This document shows, piece by piece, positions 16,463 to 24,000 of a stretch of 24,000 nt of DNA. The notes under the pieces are model-generated. The model saw only the letters and a program-made list of their open reading frames with translations. It ran no database searches and was not told the origin of the DNA. The translations under genes and the position numbers were made by a program. Source of the stretch: Propionibacteriaceae bacterium (GTDB taxonomy: Bacteria; Actinomycetota; Actinomycetes; Propionibacteriales; Propionibacteriaceae); NCBI GenBank assembly GCA_036261615.1, contig DATAKK010000007.1, positions 41,399 to 65,398 on the forward strand, given 5' to 3'. Within the stretch, counting starts at the first letter, position 1. Every line of letters begins with the position of its first letter.

Positions 16463-17425
16463 GTGGAAAAGTGTCAGCGCCCTCGTCTAGGGTCGTTCGA
16501 CGTGGCACCTGTGATCCGGGCCGTCGGGCTCACGAAGACCTACGGCGATGTCGTCGCCGTCGACGGCATCGACTTCGAGGTGCCCCCGGGGGAGTCGTTC
16601 GGCCTGCTCGGGCCGAACGGTGCGGGCAAGTCGACGACGATGCGGATGATCGGGGGCACGCTCACCCGCAGCGGCGGCGTCCTCGAAGTGATGGGGCTCG
16701 ACCCCGAGACCCAGGGGCCCGAGGTGCGGGCGCACCTGGGCGTGGTGCCGCAGGAGGGCAACCTCGACGAGGAGTTGCGGGTCCGCGACAACATCATCGT
16801 CTACGGCCGCTACTTCGGCTTGCCGCGCAGCTACCTCCGGCCGAAGTCGCAGGAGCTGCTCGAGTTCGCCCAGCTCACCGACAAGGCCGACAGCAAGGTG
16901 CAGGAGTTGTCGGGCGGCATGAAGCGGCGGCTCACCATCGCCCGCGCCCTGGTGAACCAGCCCCGCATCCTGCTGCTCGACGAACCCACCACCGGCCTCG
17001 ACCCGCAGGCGCGGCACATCCTCTGGGACCGGCTGTTCCGGCTCAAGGAGGAGGGCGTCACCCTCATCGTCACCACCCACTTCATGGACGAGGCGGAGCA
17101 ACTGTGCGACCGGCTCATCGTCGTCGATCACGGGCGCATCATGGCAGAGGGGTCGCCGGCGTCCCTCATCCGCCGGTTCTCCAGCCGGGAGGTGCTCGAG
17201 ATGCGGTTCGGGTCGGATCGCAACGCCCTGGTCGTCGACCAGCTCCGCGACATCGGCGACCGGCACGAGGTGCTGCCCGACCGCATCCTGCTCTACGCCG
17301 ACGACGGCGAGGAGGCCCTCGACGAAGTGGTCCGGCGGGGCCTGCATCCGCACACGTCGCTGGTGCGGCGCTCCTCCCTGGAGGACGTGTTCCTCCGGCT
17401 CACCGGAAGGAGTCTCATTGAGTGA
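16463..17425 (+). CDS. ABC transporter ATP-binding protein (DrrA/NodI-like, ABC-2 exporter subfamily)
   Basis: Walker A (GPNGAGKST), signature (LSGGMKRRL), Walker B (ILLLDEPTTGLD) and H-loop (TTHFMDE), plus a C-terminal regulatory-type extension. The start is uncertain: GTG 16463 (GCAGGAGG 14 nt upstream), GTG 16502 and GTG 16511 are all in frame. Confidence 0.85.
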   Translation: MEKCQRPRLGSFDVAPVIRAVGLTKTYGDVVAVDGIDFEVPPGESFGLLGPNGAGKSTTMRMIGGTLTRSGGVLEVMGLDPETQGPEVRAHLGVVPQEGNLDEELRVRDNIIVYGRYFGLPRSYLRPKSQELLEFAQLTDKADSKVQELSGGMKRRLTIARALVNQPRILLLDEPTTGLDPQARHILWDRLFRLKEEGVTLIVTTHFMDEAEQLCDRLIVVDHGRIMAEGSPASLIRRFSSREVLEMRFGSDRNALVVDQLRDIGDRHEVLPDRILLYADDGEEALDEVVRRGLHPHTSLVRRSSLEDVFLRLTGRSLIE

Positions 17426-18272
17426 CATCACCGACTCCACCCGGCTCGCCTACTCCGGTGGCGTGGCGTCCCCGCGCCAGCTGGCCCTGCGCGCCCGGCG
17501 GCTCGGGTGGCTGCGCTACGCGGAGCACTACCTGCGCACCATGCGGGCCTTCTGGGTCCCGCTGCTGCTGCAGTCGGTCGGCACGCCGTTGCTGTACCTC
17601 GTCGCCATGGGCGTCGGCCTCGGGACGCTCGTCGACCGGTCCCACTCGTCGCCGATGGGGGTGCCCTACCTCACGTTCGTCGCGCCCGCCGTGATGGTCG
17701 CCACCGTGATGGGGGCGGCGGCCACCGAGGCGATGTACCCGGTGATGTCCGGGTTCAAATGGCAGCGGCTCTACTACGGAGCCGCCGCCAGCCCCTTGTC
17801 ACCCGGCCAGATCGCCATGGGTCACCTGCTCGGCGCCTGCGCCCGATTCGTCATCCAGGCGGTCGTCTTCTGGATCTTCCTCATCGCCTTCGGGGCGGCC
17901 CGCTCGCCCTGGTCGCCGCTCACCGTCCCGATCGCCGTGCTCGGCGCCCTGGCGTTCGGCGCGCCGCTGCAGGCCTACTCGGCCACCCTGCGCGACGAGG
18001 GCACCTCGTTCAACTTCGTCGCCCGCTTCATCCTCACGCCGATGACCCTGTTCGCAGGCACGTTCTTCCCGCTCACCGCGATGCCCGTCTACCTGCGCTG
18101 GATCGGCTGGGTGTCGCCCATGTGGCACGCCACCCAGCTGGCCCGACGGGCGAGCTTCGCCATGCCCGAGCCGTCGTGGCTCACCGCGACGCACCTCGTC
18201 TACCTCGTCGGGCTGGTCGCCGTGGGTGTCGTCCTGTCGCGGCGGGTCTACACCCGGCGGTTGGGGGAGTGA
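17418..18272 (+). CDS. ABC-2 type transporter permease (first of two)
   Basis: The TTG start at 17418 is preceded by GGAAGGAG 4 nt upstream and overlaps the ATPase stop by 8 nt. 284 aa with six hydrophobic segments in an ABC-2 (DrrB/NodJ-like) layout. Confidence 0.8.
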   Translation: MSDITDSTRLAYSGGVASPRQLALRARRLGWLRYAEHYLRTMRAFWVPLLLQSVGTPLLYLVAMGVGLGTLVDRSHSSPMGVPYLTFVAPAVMVATVMGAAATEAMYPVMSGFKWQRLYYGAAASPLSPGQIAMGHLLGACARFVIQAVVFWIFLIAFGAARSPWSPLTVPIAVLGALAFGAPLQAYSATLRDEGTSFNFVARFILTPMTLFAGTFFPLTAMPVYLRWIGWVSPMWHATQLARRASFAMPEPSWLTATHLVYLVGLVAVGVVLSRRVYTRRLGE

Positions 18273-19105
18273 TGGCCGACACGATGCAGGAACAGGAGAT
18301 CCTCGAGGTCCGGCGTCCCCGGCTGCTCCCAGGCCTGTACGGGGGGAACATCCGGGCGGTGCTGGAGCGGGGCTTCATCGTGATGGCGAAGCAGAACTGG
18401 GCGATCGTCGCGTCCGGGTTCTTCGAGCCCGTGTTCTACCTGCTCGCGATGGGCCTCGGGCTCGGCGGTCTGGTCGGTACGGTGCAGGGTCCCGGCGGGC
18501 ACACCCTCTCGTACGCCGCCTACATTGCTCCCGCCCTGCTGGCCACCTCGGCGATGAACGGGGCCGTCTACGACTCCACCATGAACGTGTTCTTCAAGCT
18601 GCGGTTCGCGAAGCTCTACCAGGCGATGCTGCAGACCTCGCTCGGGGCCCTCGACGTGGCCGCCGGGGAGATCGCCATGGCCCTGTTCCGGGGCCTGCTC
18701 TACGCCTGCGCGTTCATGGTGGTCATGCTCGTCATGGGGCTGGTCACCTCGTGGTGGGCCGTGCTCATGGTGCCGGCCGCGCTGCTCGTGGCGCTGGGCT
18801 TCGCCGGTATCGGCATGGCGGCCACCAGCTACATGAAGACCTTCCAGCACCTGGACATCGTCGGCTTCATGCTCATGCCGATGTTCCTGTTCTCGTCGAC
18901 GCTCTACCCGATCTCGGTGTTCCCCGTCGGCGTCCAGTGGTTCATCAAGGCGATGCCGCTGTGGCACGGGGTCGAGATGATGCGGCAGCTGTCGGTCGGC
19001 GCGCTCTCGCTCGCGACCGCCGGACACCTGCTCTACTTCGTCGTCATGAGCGCCGCCGGCGTCGCGATCGCGTCCCGCCGGCTGCGCGCGCTGTTCCTGC
19101 GCTGA
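18272..19105 (+). CDS. ABC-2 type transporter permease (second of two)
   Basis: ATG 18272 overlaps the preceding TGA by 1 nt (TGATG), with GGGGGAG upstream. The product of 277 aa (MADTMQEQEILEV ...) has multiple TM segments and is a paralogue of the preceding permease. The upstream part of ORF 17507-19105 is an out-of-frame artefact over permease 1. Confidence 0.8.
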   Translation: MADTMQEQEILEVRRPRLLPGLYGGNIRAVLERGFIVMAKQNWAIVASGFFEPVFYLLAMGLGLGGLVGTVQGPGGHTLSYAAYIAPALLATSAMNGAVYDSTMNVFFKLRFAKLYQAMLQTSLGALDVAAGEIAMALFRGLLYACAFMVVMLVMGLVTSWWAVLMVPAALLVALGFAGIGMAATSYMKTFQHLDIVGFMLMPMFLFSSTLYPISVFPVGVQWFIKAMPLWHGVEMMRQLSVGALSLATAGHLLYFVVMSAAGVAIASRRLRALFLR

Positions 19106-19176
19106 GGCCGGGGCCGGGTCACGCCGCCGTGGGGTGCCTCCCACACGCGCAGCGCTCGCGGCGCAACAATGTCGCC

Positions 19177-19890
19177 ATGGCTGGGCTGCTCGAGGTGCTG
19201 GTGCTGCACGAGGCCGACGCCCGGCGCGCCGAGGAGGGTGGCGCCGACCGCGTCGAACTGGTCGGCAGCCTCGACGACGGCGGCATGTCCCCCGAGCCCC
19301 GCATGGTCGAGCGGGTGCGCGACGTGACGACGATCCATTTGCGCCCGATGGTGCGCCTGCGGGCGGGGTTCGGCACCGACGGGGGCGAGTTCACCCGGCT
19401 CCGGGGGCTGGTGGCGAGCTACCTGGACGCCGGCGCCGACGGCGTCGTCTTCGGCTTCCTCAACGGCATGGGCGAGGTCGACCGGGAGGTCTGCGAGGCC
19501 CTCGCCGAGCACGGCGGCTGGCCCTGGACCTTCCATCGGGCGGTCGACTCCGTTCTCGACTCCGACAAGGCGTGGCGCACCCTGCTGCGGCTACCGCGGG
19601 TCGACCAGGTCCTCACCGCCGGGTCGCCCCGGGGCGTGGACGCCGGCCTCGACGAACTGCTGCGACTCGCGCGATCCGACGGCCGGGTCGCGGCGCTCAT
19701 GATGGCCGGGGGCGGTCTGCTGCCCGAGCACGTGCCGTGGCTGGCGCGTGCCGGCGTCCGGTCGTTCCACATCGGGCGCACGGCCCGGCCCCAGGGCTCG
19801 TTCAAGGCCTACGTCGACGCGCCGCTCGTGCACACGTGGCGCACGCTCATCGACGACGCCGTGCAGCACGTCCCCGTGCCCCGGGGCTGA
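19177..19890 (+). CDS. cutC: CutC family (copper homeostasis) TIM-barrel protein
   Basis: ATG 19177 within ORF 18226-19890, 237 aa. LEVLVLHEADARRAEEGGADRVELV, GADGVVFGFL, WTFHRAVD and QVLTAGS match the conserved CutC pattern (E-c......a...GAdRiELc, G.v.G.L, tFHRAfD, rvLTSG). Confidence 0.75.
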   Translation: MAGLLEVLVLHEADARRAEEGGADRVELVGSLDDGGMSPEPRMVERVRDVTTIHLRPMVRLRAGFGTDGGEFTRLRGLVASYLDAGADGVVFGFLNGMGEVDREVCEALAEHGGWPWTFHRAVDSVLDSDKAWRTLLRLPRVDQVLTAGSPRGVDAGLDELLRLARSDGRVAALMMAGGGLLPEHVPWLARAGVRSFHIGRTARPQGSFKAYVDAPLVHTWRTLIDDAVQHVPVPRG

Positions 19891-20002
19891 ACCGGGCCGC
19901 GTCATGCCCCGTCCTCTGCGATATTGACACCACCTGCCACACCCCGCCCGCTGGGGGCATCGTCTGGCAGGGGGTGCACGTTTCGGCGTCCCGCGGCCCC
20001 CG

Positions 20003-21004
20003 TCACCCCTGCCGGGGGATGCCGGACGCCAGCAGGTCGGGGGTCACCTCGGTGGCGAGGAACCGCTCCCGGTCGCGCGCCAGGGACCAGAGCTCCGCCG
20101 CGGGCGGCAGTGCGGGGAGGTCGACGGAGTCCTGCAGGGTGAGGGCCGCCATGACGTGCCCGAGCCGCAGGCACACGGCGCTCGACTCGCCCTGCGACAG
20201 CCCCGCGAGGAACCCGGCCGCGAAGGCGTCCCCGGCGCCCACCGCCTCCACCACGGTGGCACGCATCGAGGGCTCGAAGGTGGTGCCGTGGGGTCCGAAG
20301 TGCGTGGCCCCCCGAGCGCCGTCCTTGACGACGAGGTGGGCCGGCCGGTCGACGAGTGCCCGCACCCGCTCGGGCGTGCCGGCTCCCCAGAGCGTCTCCG
20401 CCTCGTCCTGGCCGACGAGCACGAGGTCGGCCGCTTGCGCGGCCTCGGCCAGGGGGCGGGCGGCGTCCGCCGCGGTCCACAGGCCCGGCCGGTAGTTGAC
20501 GTCGAAGCTCACCAGCGCCGGGCCGAGGGGGCGCTCGCGGATCACCCGGCCGACGGTCGCGGCCAGGGTGGGCGGCACGCCCAGCGAGACGCCGGTGACG
20601 TGCACGATGCCGACGTTGCCGGCCGGCAGTCGCGCGACGTCGGCGGCGGAGAGGTGGGCTGCCGCCGAGCCGGCACGGTAGTAGTAGACGCGGGTCCCGC
20701 CGTGTTCCCGGTGCTTGAAGAACACCCCCGTGGGGTGGTCGGGGTCGCGGAGCACCGCGCCGGCGTCCACCCCCCGGTCGGCCACGAACCGGACCAGCCG
20801 CTCGCCGAACGGGTCGGCGCCGACGCGGGAGAACCATACGGAGTCGACGCCGAGATGGGCCAGCCCGCAGGCGACGTTGCTCTCGGCGCCGGCGACCGAC
20901 GCGAGGAAGCGTTCGTCGTGCTCCAGCGACCCCTCCTCTGGGACGAACAGGATCATCGACTCGCCGATGCACACCACCGACCCTGCGGACGCCGGCTCGC
21001 TCAC
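20003..21004 (-). CDS. PfkB-family sugar kinase (2-dehydro-3-deoxygluconokinase-like)
   Basis: 333-aa ORF with a GTG start at 21004. It has N-terminal VVCIGESMILF, FDVNYRPGLW, and the C-terminal anion-hole motif AVGAGDAFAAGFLAG typical of ribokinase/PfkB-family kinases. It is most similar in layout to KdgK. Confidence 0.75.
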   Translation of the reverse strand: MSEPASAGSVVCIGESMILFVPEEGSLEHDERFLASVAGAESNVACGLAHLGVDSVWFSRVGADPFGERLVRFVADRGVDAGAVLRDPDHPTGVFFKHREHGGTRVYYYRAGSAAAHLSAADVARLPAGNVGIVHVTGVSLGVPPTLAATVGRVIRERPLGPALVSFDVNYRPGLWTAADAARPLAEAAQAADLVLVGQDEAETLWGAGTPERVRALVDRPAHLVVKDGARGATHFGPHGTTFEPSMRATVVEAVGAGDAFAAGFLAGLSQGESSAVCLRLGHVMAALTLQDSVDLPALPPAAELWSLARDRERFLATEVTPDLLASGIPRQG

Positions 21005-21358
21005 TGACCCTCCTTCGACGGGCGCTGTGTCCCCACGGCCCGCGGGGACGCCCCATTGTCCACCCGGTCGGGCAGATCACCCGGCCGTTGCTGGTCGGGG
21101 TACTGGCCACTTCGGATTCGTCATCGACGGGTAACCGGACAGCGTTCGGTTATGGAGCCGCTGTCCTGTTGTCGCCCACCCGGGACGGCCTCACGATCGG
21201 CGGGCGCACGGGCCTCCGGACGCCGCCACCGCCGGGAGGCGCCCGGTCGCCCGCGGATCCGGAGGGCGCCCGCGTCCGTGGACCCGTTGTCCCACCCCGA
21301 CCACATTGATAGCGTCGACGTACTAAATCCAGCGTCCCCAAGGGTGAGGAGAACGCGC

Positions 21359-23356
21359 ATGCCCGTCCATCACGTCGCGGTGACCGGGTCCGACCGGTCG
21401 TCGGGTTCCGAGAGCAGTCCGTTCCGCACCATCAACCACGCCGCCCAGGTCGCCGTCGCCGGCGACACCGTCGTCGTGCACGCCGGCGAGTACCGCGAGT
21501 GGGTGCGCCCCCGGTACGGCGGCCTGAGCGACGCCCGCCGCATCGTCTACACCGCGGCCGAGGGCGAGCGGGTCGTCGTCAAGGGCTCCGAGCGGATCAC
21601 CGGGTGGGAGCGCGAGGACGGGGACGTGTGGCGGGTCGTCCTGCCGAACGCGCTGTTCGGCGACTGGAACCCCTACGCCCTGGAGGTGGAGGGCGACTGG
21701 GTCGTGCGCCCGGTCGCACCCGCCCGCCCGCGGCACCTCGGCGACGTCTACCTCAACGGCCGCAGCTTCTACGAGGCGGACGGGCGCGACGAGCTCAGCG
21801 CGCCGGAGCGCCGGGAGACCGTGGTGGACGACCGCAGTGGCCAGACCTGGCCGGTGCGCGACCCCGAGTGGACCCGCCACGTCTGGTACGCCGAGGTGGG
21901 CGCCGACACGACGACCATCTGGGCGAACTTCCAGGGGGCCGACCCGAACGCCGAGCTCGTCGAGATCAACGTCCGGCGCTCGGTGTTCTACCCGGTCGTC
22001 AACCACCTCGACTACATCACCGTGCGGGGCTTCGAACTGTGCCACGCCGCGACCCCCTGGGCGCCGCCCACCGCCGACCAGCCGGGGCTCATCGGCCCCA
22101 ACTGGGCCAAGGGCTGGGTGATCGAGGACAACCTCATCCACGACGCCAAGTGCTCGGCGGTCTCGCTCGGCAAGGAGGCCACGACCGGCGACAACTTCTA
22201 CACCCGCCGCCGCGACAAGCCCGGCTACCAGTACCAGCTGGAGGCCGTCTTCACCGCTCGCCGGCTCGGCTGGAGCAGGGAGCGGATCGGGTCGCACGTC
22301 GTGCGCAACAACGTGATCTTCGACTGCGGTCAGAACGGCATCGTCGGCCACCTCGGCTGCGTCTTCAGCACCATCAGCGACAACGAGATTCACGACATCG
22401 CCACCAAGCGCGAGTTCTACGGCCACGAGATCGGCGGCATCAAGCTGCACGCGGCGATCGACGTGCAGATCGTGCACAACCACATCCACGACTGCGCGCT
22501 CGGCATCTGGAGCGACTGGCAGACGCAGGGCACCCGCTTCACCCGCAACGTGCTCCACGACAACGCGCGCGACCTCTACGTCGAGGTGTCGCACGGTCCC
22601 TACGTCGTCGACCACAACGTCCTCGCGTCGGCGGCCTCGGTCGAGACGATGAGCGACGGCGGCGCCTACGTCGGAAACCTCATCGGCGGCACCTTCCTCG
22701 TGCACCCCGTGATCGAGCGGCCCACGCCCTACCACGTGCCGCACTCCACCGAGGTCGCCGGCTACGCGTCCATCTACGGCGGCGACGACCGGCTGATCGG
22801 GAACATCTTCGTCGGACGCGGCGACGACCCGGCCGATGTCGGCGAGGCGTACACCCGCGGCATCGAGCCGGTCACCAGGGTCGGCTACGGCTCGTTCGTC
22901 TACGACGGCCACCCCACCTCGCTCGAGGAGTTCATCGGCACGGTGGTCTCCCGGCTGCCCGGCGACGTCAACAACTTCGTCGACCTCAAGAACCCCGTGT
23001 ACGTGCGCGACAACGTCTATCTCGGCGGGGCCCGGCCCTACGAGCGGGAGGAGGGCGCCCTCACCAGCCCCGACGACCCGGGGCTGGTCGTCAGCACCGA
23101 CGACGGACGGGTGGACGTGCGCATCGCCCTCCCCGAGGGCTTCGCGGCGCACCGGATCCCGGTGGTGACCACCGCCGACCTCGGGCGGGTGCGGATGGTG
23201 GACGCCGACTTCGAGGCGCCCGACGGTTCGGCCCTGCGGCTCGACACCGACCTCCTCGGCGGGACGACGACCCGGGACGCCGTCGCGGGCCCGCTCGCGG
23301 CGCTCGGCGACGGCGACAACACCGTGACCGTCTGGCAGGCTCCCGGACGCCGGTAG
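21359..23356 (+). CDS. right-handed parallel beta-helix repeat protein, no signal peptide (possible GH120-like glycoside hydrolase)
   Basis: ATG 21359 is preceded by GAGGAG 7 nt upstream, giving 665 aa. The DUF1565-type N-terminus is HHVAVTGSDRSSGSESSPFRTINHAAQVAVAGDTVVVHAGEYRE. Beta-helix turns repeat (VIEDNLIHD, VVRNNVIFDCGQNGIVG, ISDNEIHDI, IVHNHIHDCALGIW, FTRNVLHDN). The N-terminus has no hydrophobic leader. Confidence 0.75.
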   Translation: MPVHHVAVTGSDRSSGSESSPFRTINHAAQVAVAGDTVVVHAGEYREWVRPRYGGLSDARRIVYTAAEGERVVVKGSERITGWEREDGDVWRVVLPNALFGDWNPYALEVEGDWVVRPVAPARPRHLGDVYLNGRSFYEADGRDELSAPERRETVVDDRSGQTWPVRDPEWTRHVWYAEVGADTTTIWANFQGADPNAELVEINVRRSVFYPVVNHLDYITVRGFELCHAATPWAPPTADQPGLIGPNWAKGWVIEDNLIHDAKCSAVSLGKEATTGDNFYTRRRDKPGYQYQLEAVFTARRLGWSRERIGSHVVRNNVIFDCGQNGIVGHLGCVFSTISDNEIHDIATKREFYGHEIGGIKLHAAIDVQIVHNHIHDCALGIWSDWQTQGTRFTRNVLHDNARDLYVEVSHGPYVVDHNVLASAASVETMSDGGAYVGNLIGGTFLVHPVIERPTPYHVPHSTEVAGYASIYGGDDRLIGNIFVGRGDDPADVGEAYTRGIEPVTRVGYGSFVYDGHPTSLEEFIGTVVSRLPGDVNNFVDLKNPVYVRDNVYLGGARPYEREEGALTSPDDPGLVVSTDDGRVDVRIALPEGFAAHRIPVVTTADLGRVRMVDADFEAPDGSALRLDTDLLGGTTTRDAVAGPLAALGDGDNTVTVWQAPGRR

Positions 23357-23373
23357 GCCCAGGTCCCCGGGGC

Positions 23374-24000
23374 TCAGCCGAGCTCGGGGGGCAGGTCGTC
23401 GGCGTGCACGATCCGCAGCGACATGACCGCGCGGGTGAGGCAGACGTAGAGGCGGCGCAGCCCGGTCTCGCGGTCGGGCTCGCCCGCGACGATCCGGGCC
23501 GGCTCGACGAGCACGACGTGGTCGAACTCGAGGCCCTTGGCCAGGGTCGCCGGCACGAGGTCGAGGCGGTGCAGCCCCCGCACCTCGTCCTCGACGTGGT
23601 GGTGCTCCAGCCCCGCCCGGTCGAGGACGCCGGCGGCCTCGGCGACGAGGTCGTCGGGCACGATCAGCCCCACGGTCCCCTCGACCTCGAGCGCCTGCCG
23701 GCACTGGGCGACCACGGGGGCGAGCGGGTCGGCGTCCCGGTGGAGCGTGAGCAGCCCCCGGTCGTGCCGGATCGCGTACGGCGCCCGGAGCCCGGGCGCG
23801 ATGTACGGCAGCAGCCGGGCGGCGTAGTCGAGCACCTCGCCCGGCACGCGGAACCCCTCGACCAGTTCGCTGAGGGTGGCGCCCGGATGCCCGACGTGGC
23901 CGAGCGCCGCCGCCCAGTCGCGGCTGGCCCACGGGGTGGTGGCCTGGGCCAGGTCGCCGAGCAGGGTGACCGACCCGGTGCTCGCCCGCCGGCCCACAGC
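23374..24000 (-). CDS. UvrD-like/HelD-like superfamily 1 helicase ATPase, C-terminal part; 5' end lies outside the window
   Basis: The frame is open from the window edge to the stop at 23374. The C-terminus (LVPATLAKGLEFDHVVLVEP ... LRRLYVCLTRAVMSLRIVH) matches SF1 helicase motifs V/VI (KGLEFD, LYValTRA). Confidence 0.7.
   Translation of the reverse strand, partial: AVGRRASTGSVTLLGDLAQATTPWASRDWAAALGHVGHPGATLSELVEGFRVPGEVLDYAARLLPYIAPGLRAPYAIRHDRGLLTLHRDADPLAPVVAQCRQALEVEGTVGLIVPDDLVAEAAGVLDRAGLEHHHVEDEVRGLHRLDLVPATLAKGLEFDHVVLVEPARIVAGEPDRETGLRRLYVCLTRAVMSLRIVHADDLPPELG

Noticed and set aside
21088-21309. 73-aa ORF (and the 21056 upstream extension of the beta-helix ORF) inside the long kinase/beta-helix intergenic region
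   Set aside because: There is no SD sequence, the composition is Gly/Pro/Arg/Thr-rich, and I recognise no family motif. It is more likely non-coding regulatory DNA, though a small protein cannot be excluded without expression data.
21323-23932. 869-aa ORF on the minus strand covering the beta-helix gene and part of the helicase gene
   Set aside because: It is antisense to the motif-rich beta-helix CDS and out of frame with the helicase CDS. The product is extreme Arg/Pro/Gly/Ala low complexity.

Overview
This is a high-GC (roughly 70%) Actinomycetota-type chromosomal segment. It is densely packed with 27 supportable CDSs (two truncated by the window edges) and one tRNA-Thr(UGU). I could not assign a genus.

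Most of the content is housekeeping or stress-related:
- Metabolism and repair: kbl (3' end), an S51 peptidase, manA with a Gfo/Idh/MocA oxidoreductase, coaBC, a family-5 uracil-DNA glycosylase, cutC, and a PfkB sugar kinase.
- Stress response: an Hsp20 gene with an HspR-type (HAIR-like) operator, and groEL with two CIRCE operators.
- Envelope and transport: two DedA/VTT membrane proteins, a TagG/TagH-type (Wzm/Wzt) glycopolymer exporter, and an ABC-2 exporter with one ATPase and two permeases.
- Other: a macrodomain protein, DUF3263, an NRDE-family protein, a large cytoplasmic parallel beta-helix protein, and the 3' end of a UvrD-like ATPase.

I saw no transposase, integrase, CRISPR array, rRNA, phage genes or recognisable defence system. 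I cannot honestly point to a clear-cut novel system.

The best candidates for a second look:
1. A kinase-like DUF2252 gene followed by a second-copy IspD/TarI-type cytidylyltransferase, abutting the TagGH exporter. This may be a two-step CDP-activation module.
2. A small HExxH-motif protein translationally coupled to coaBC.
3. A CGTACG-rich repeat with mutually exclusive hairpins between convergent genes.
4. An unusually long 354-bp control region with interlocking inverted repeats upstream of the beta-helix gene.

All family calls come from motif and sequence recognition by eye. No database search was run.
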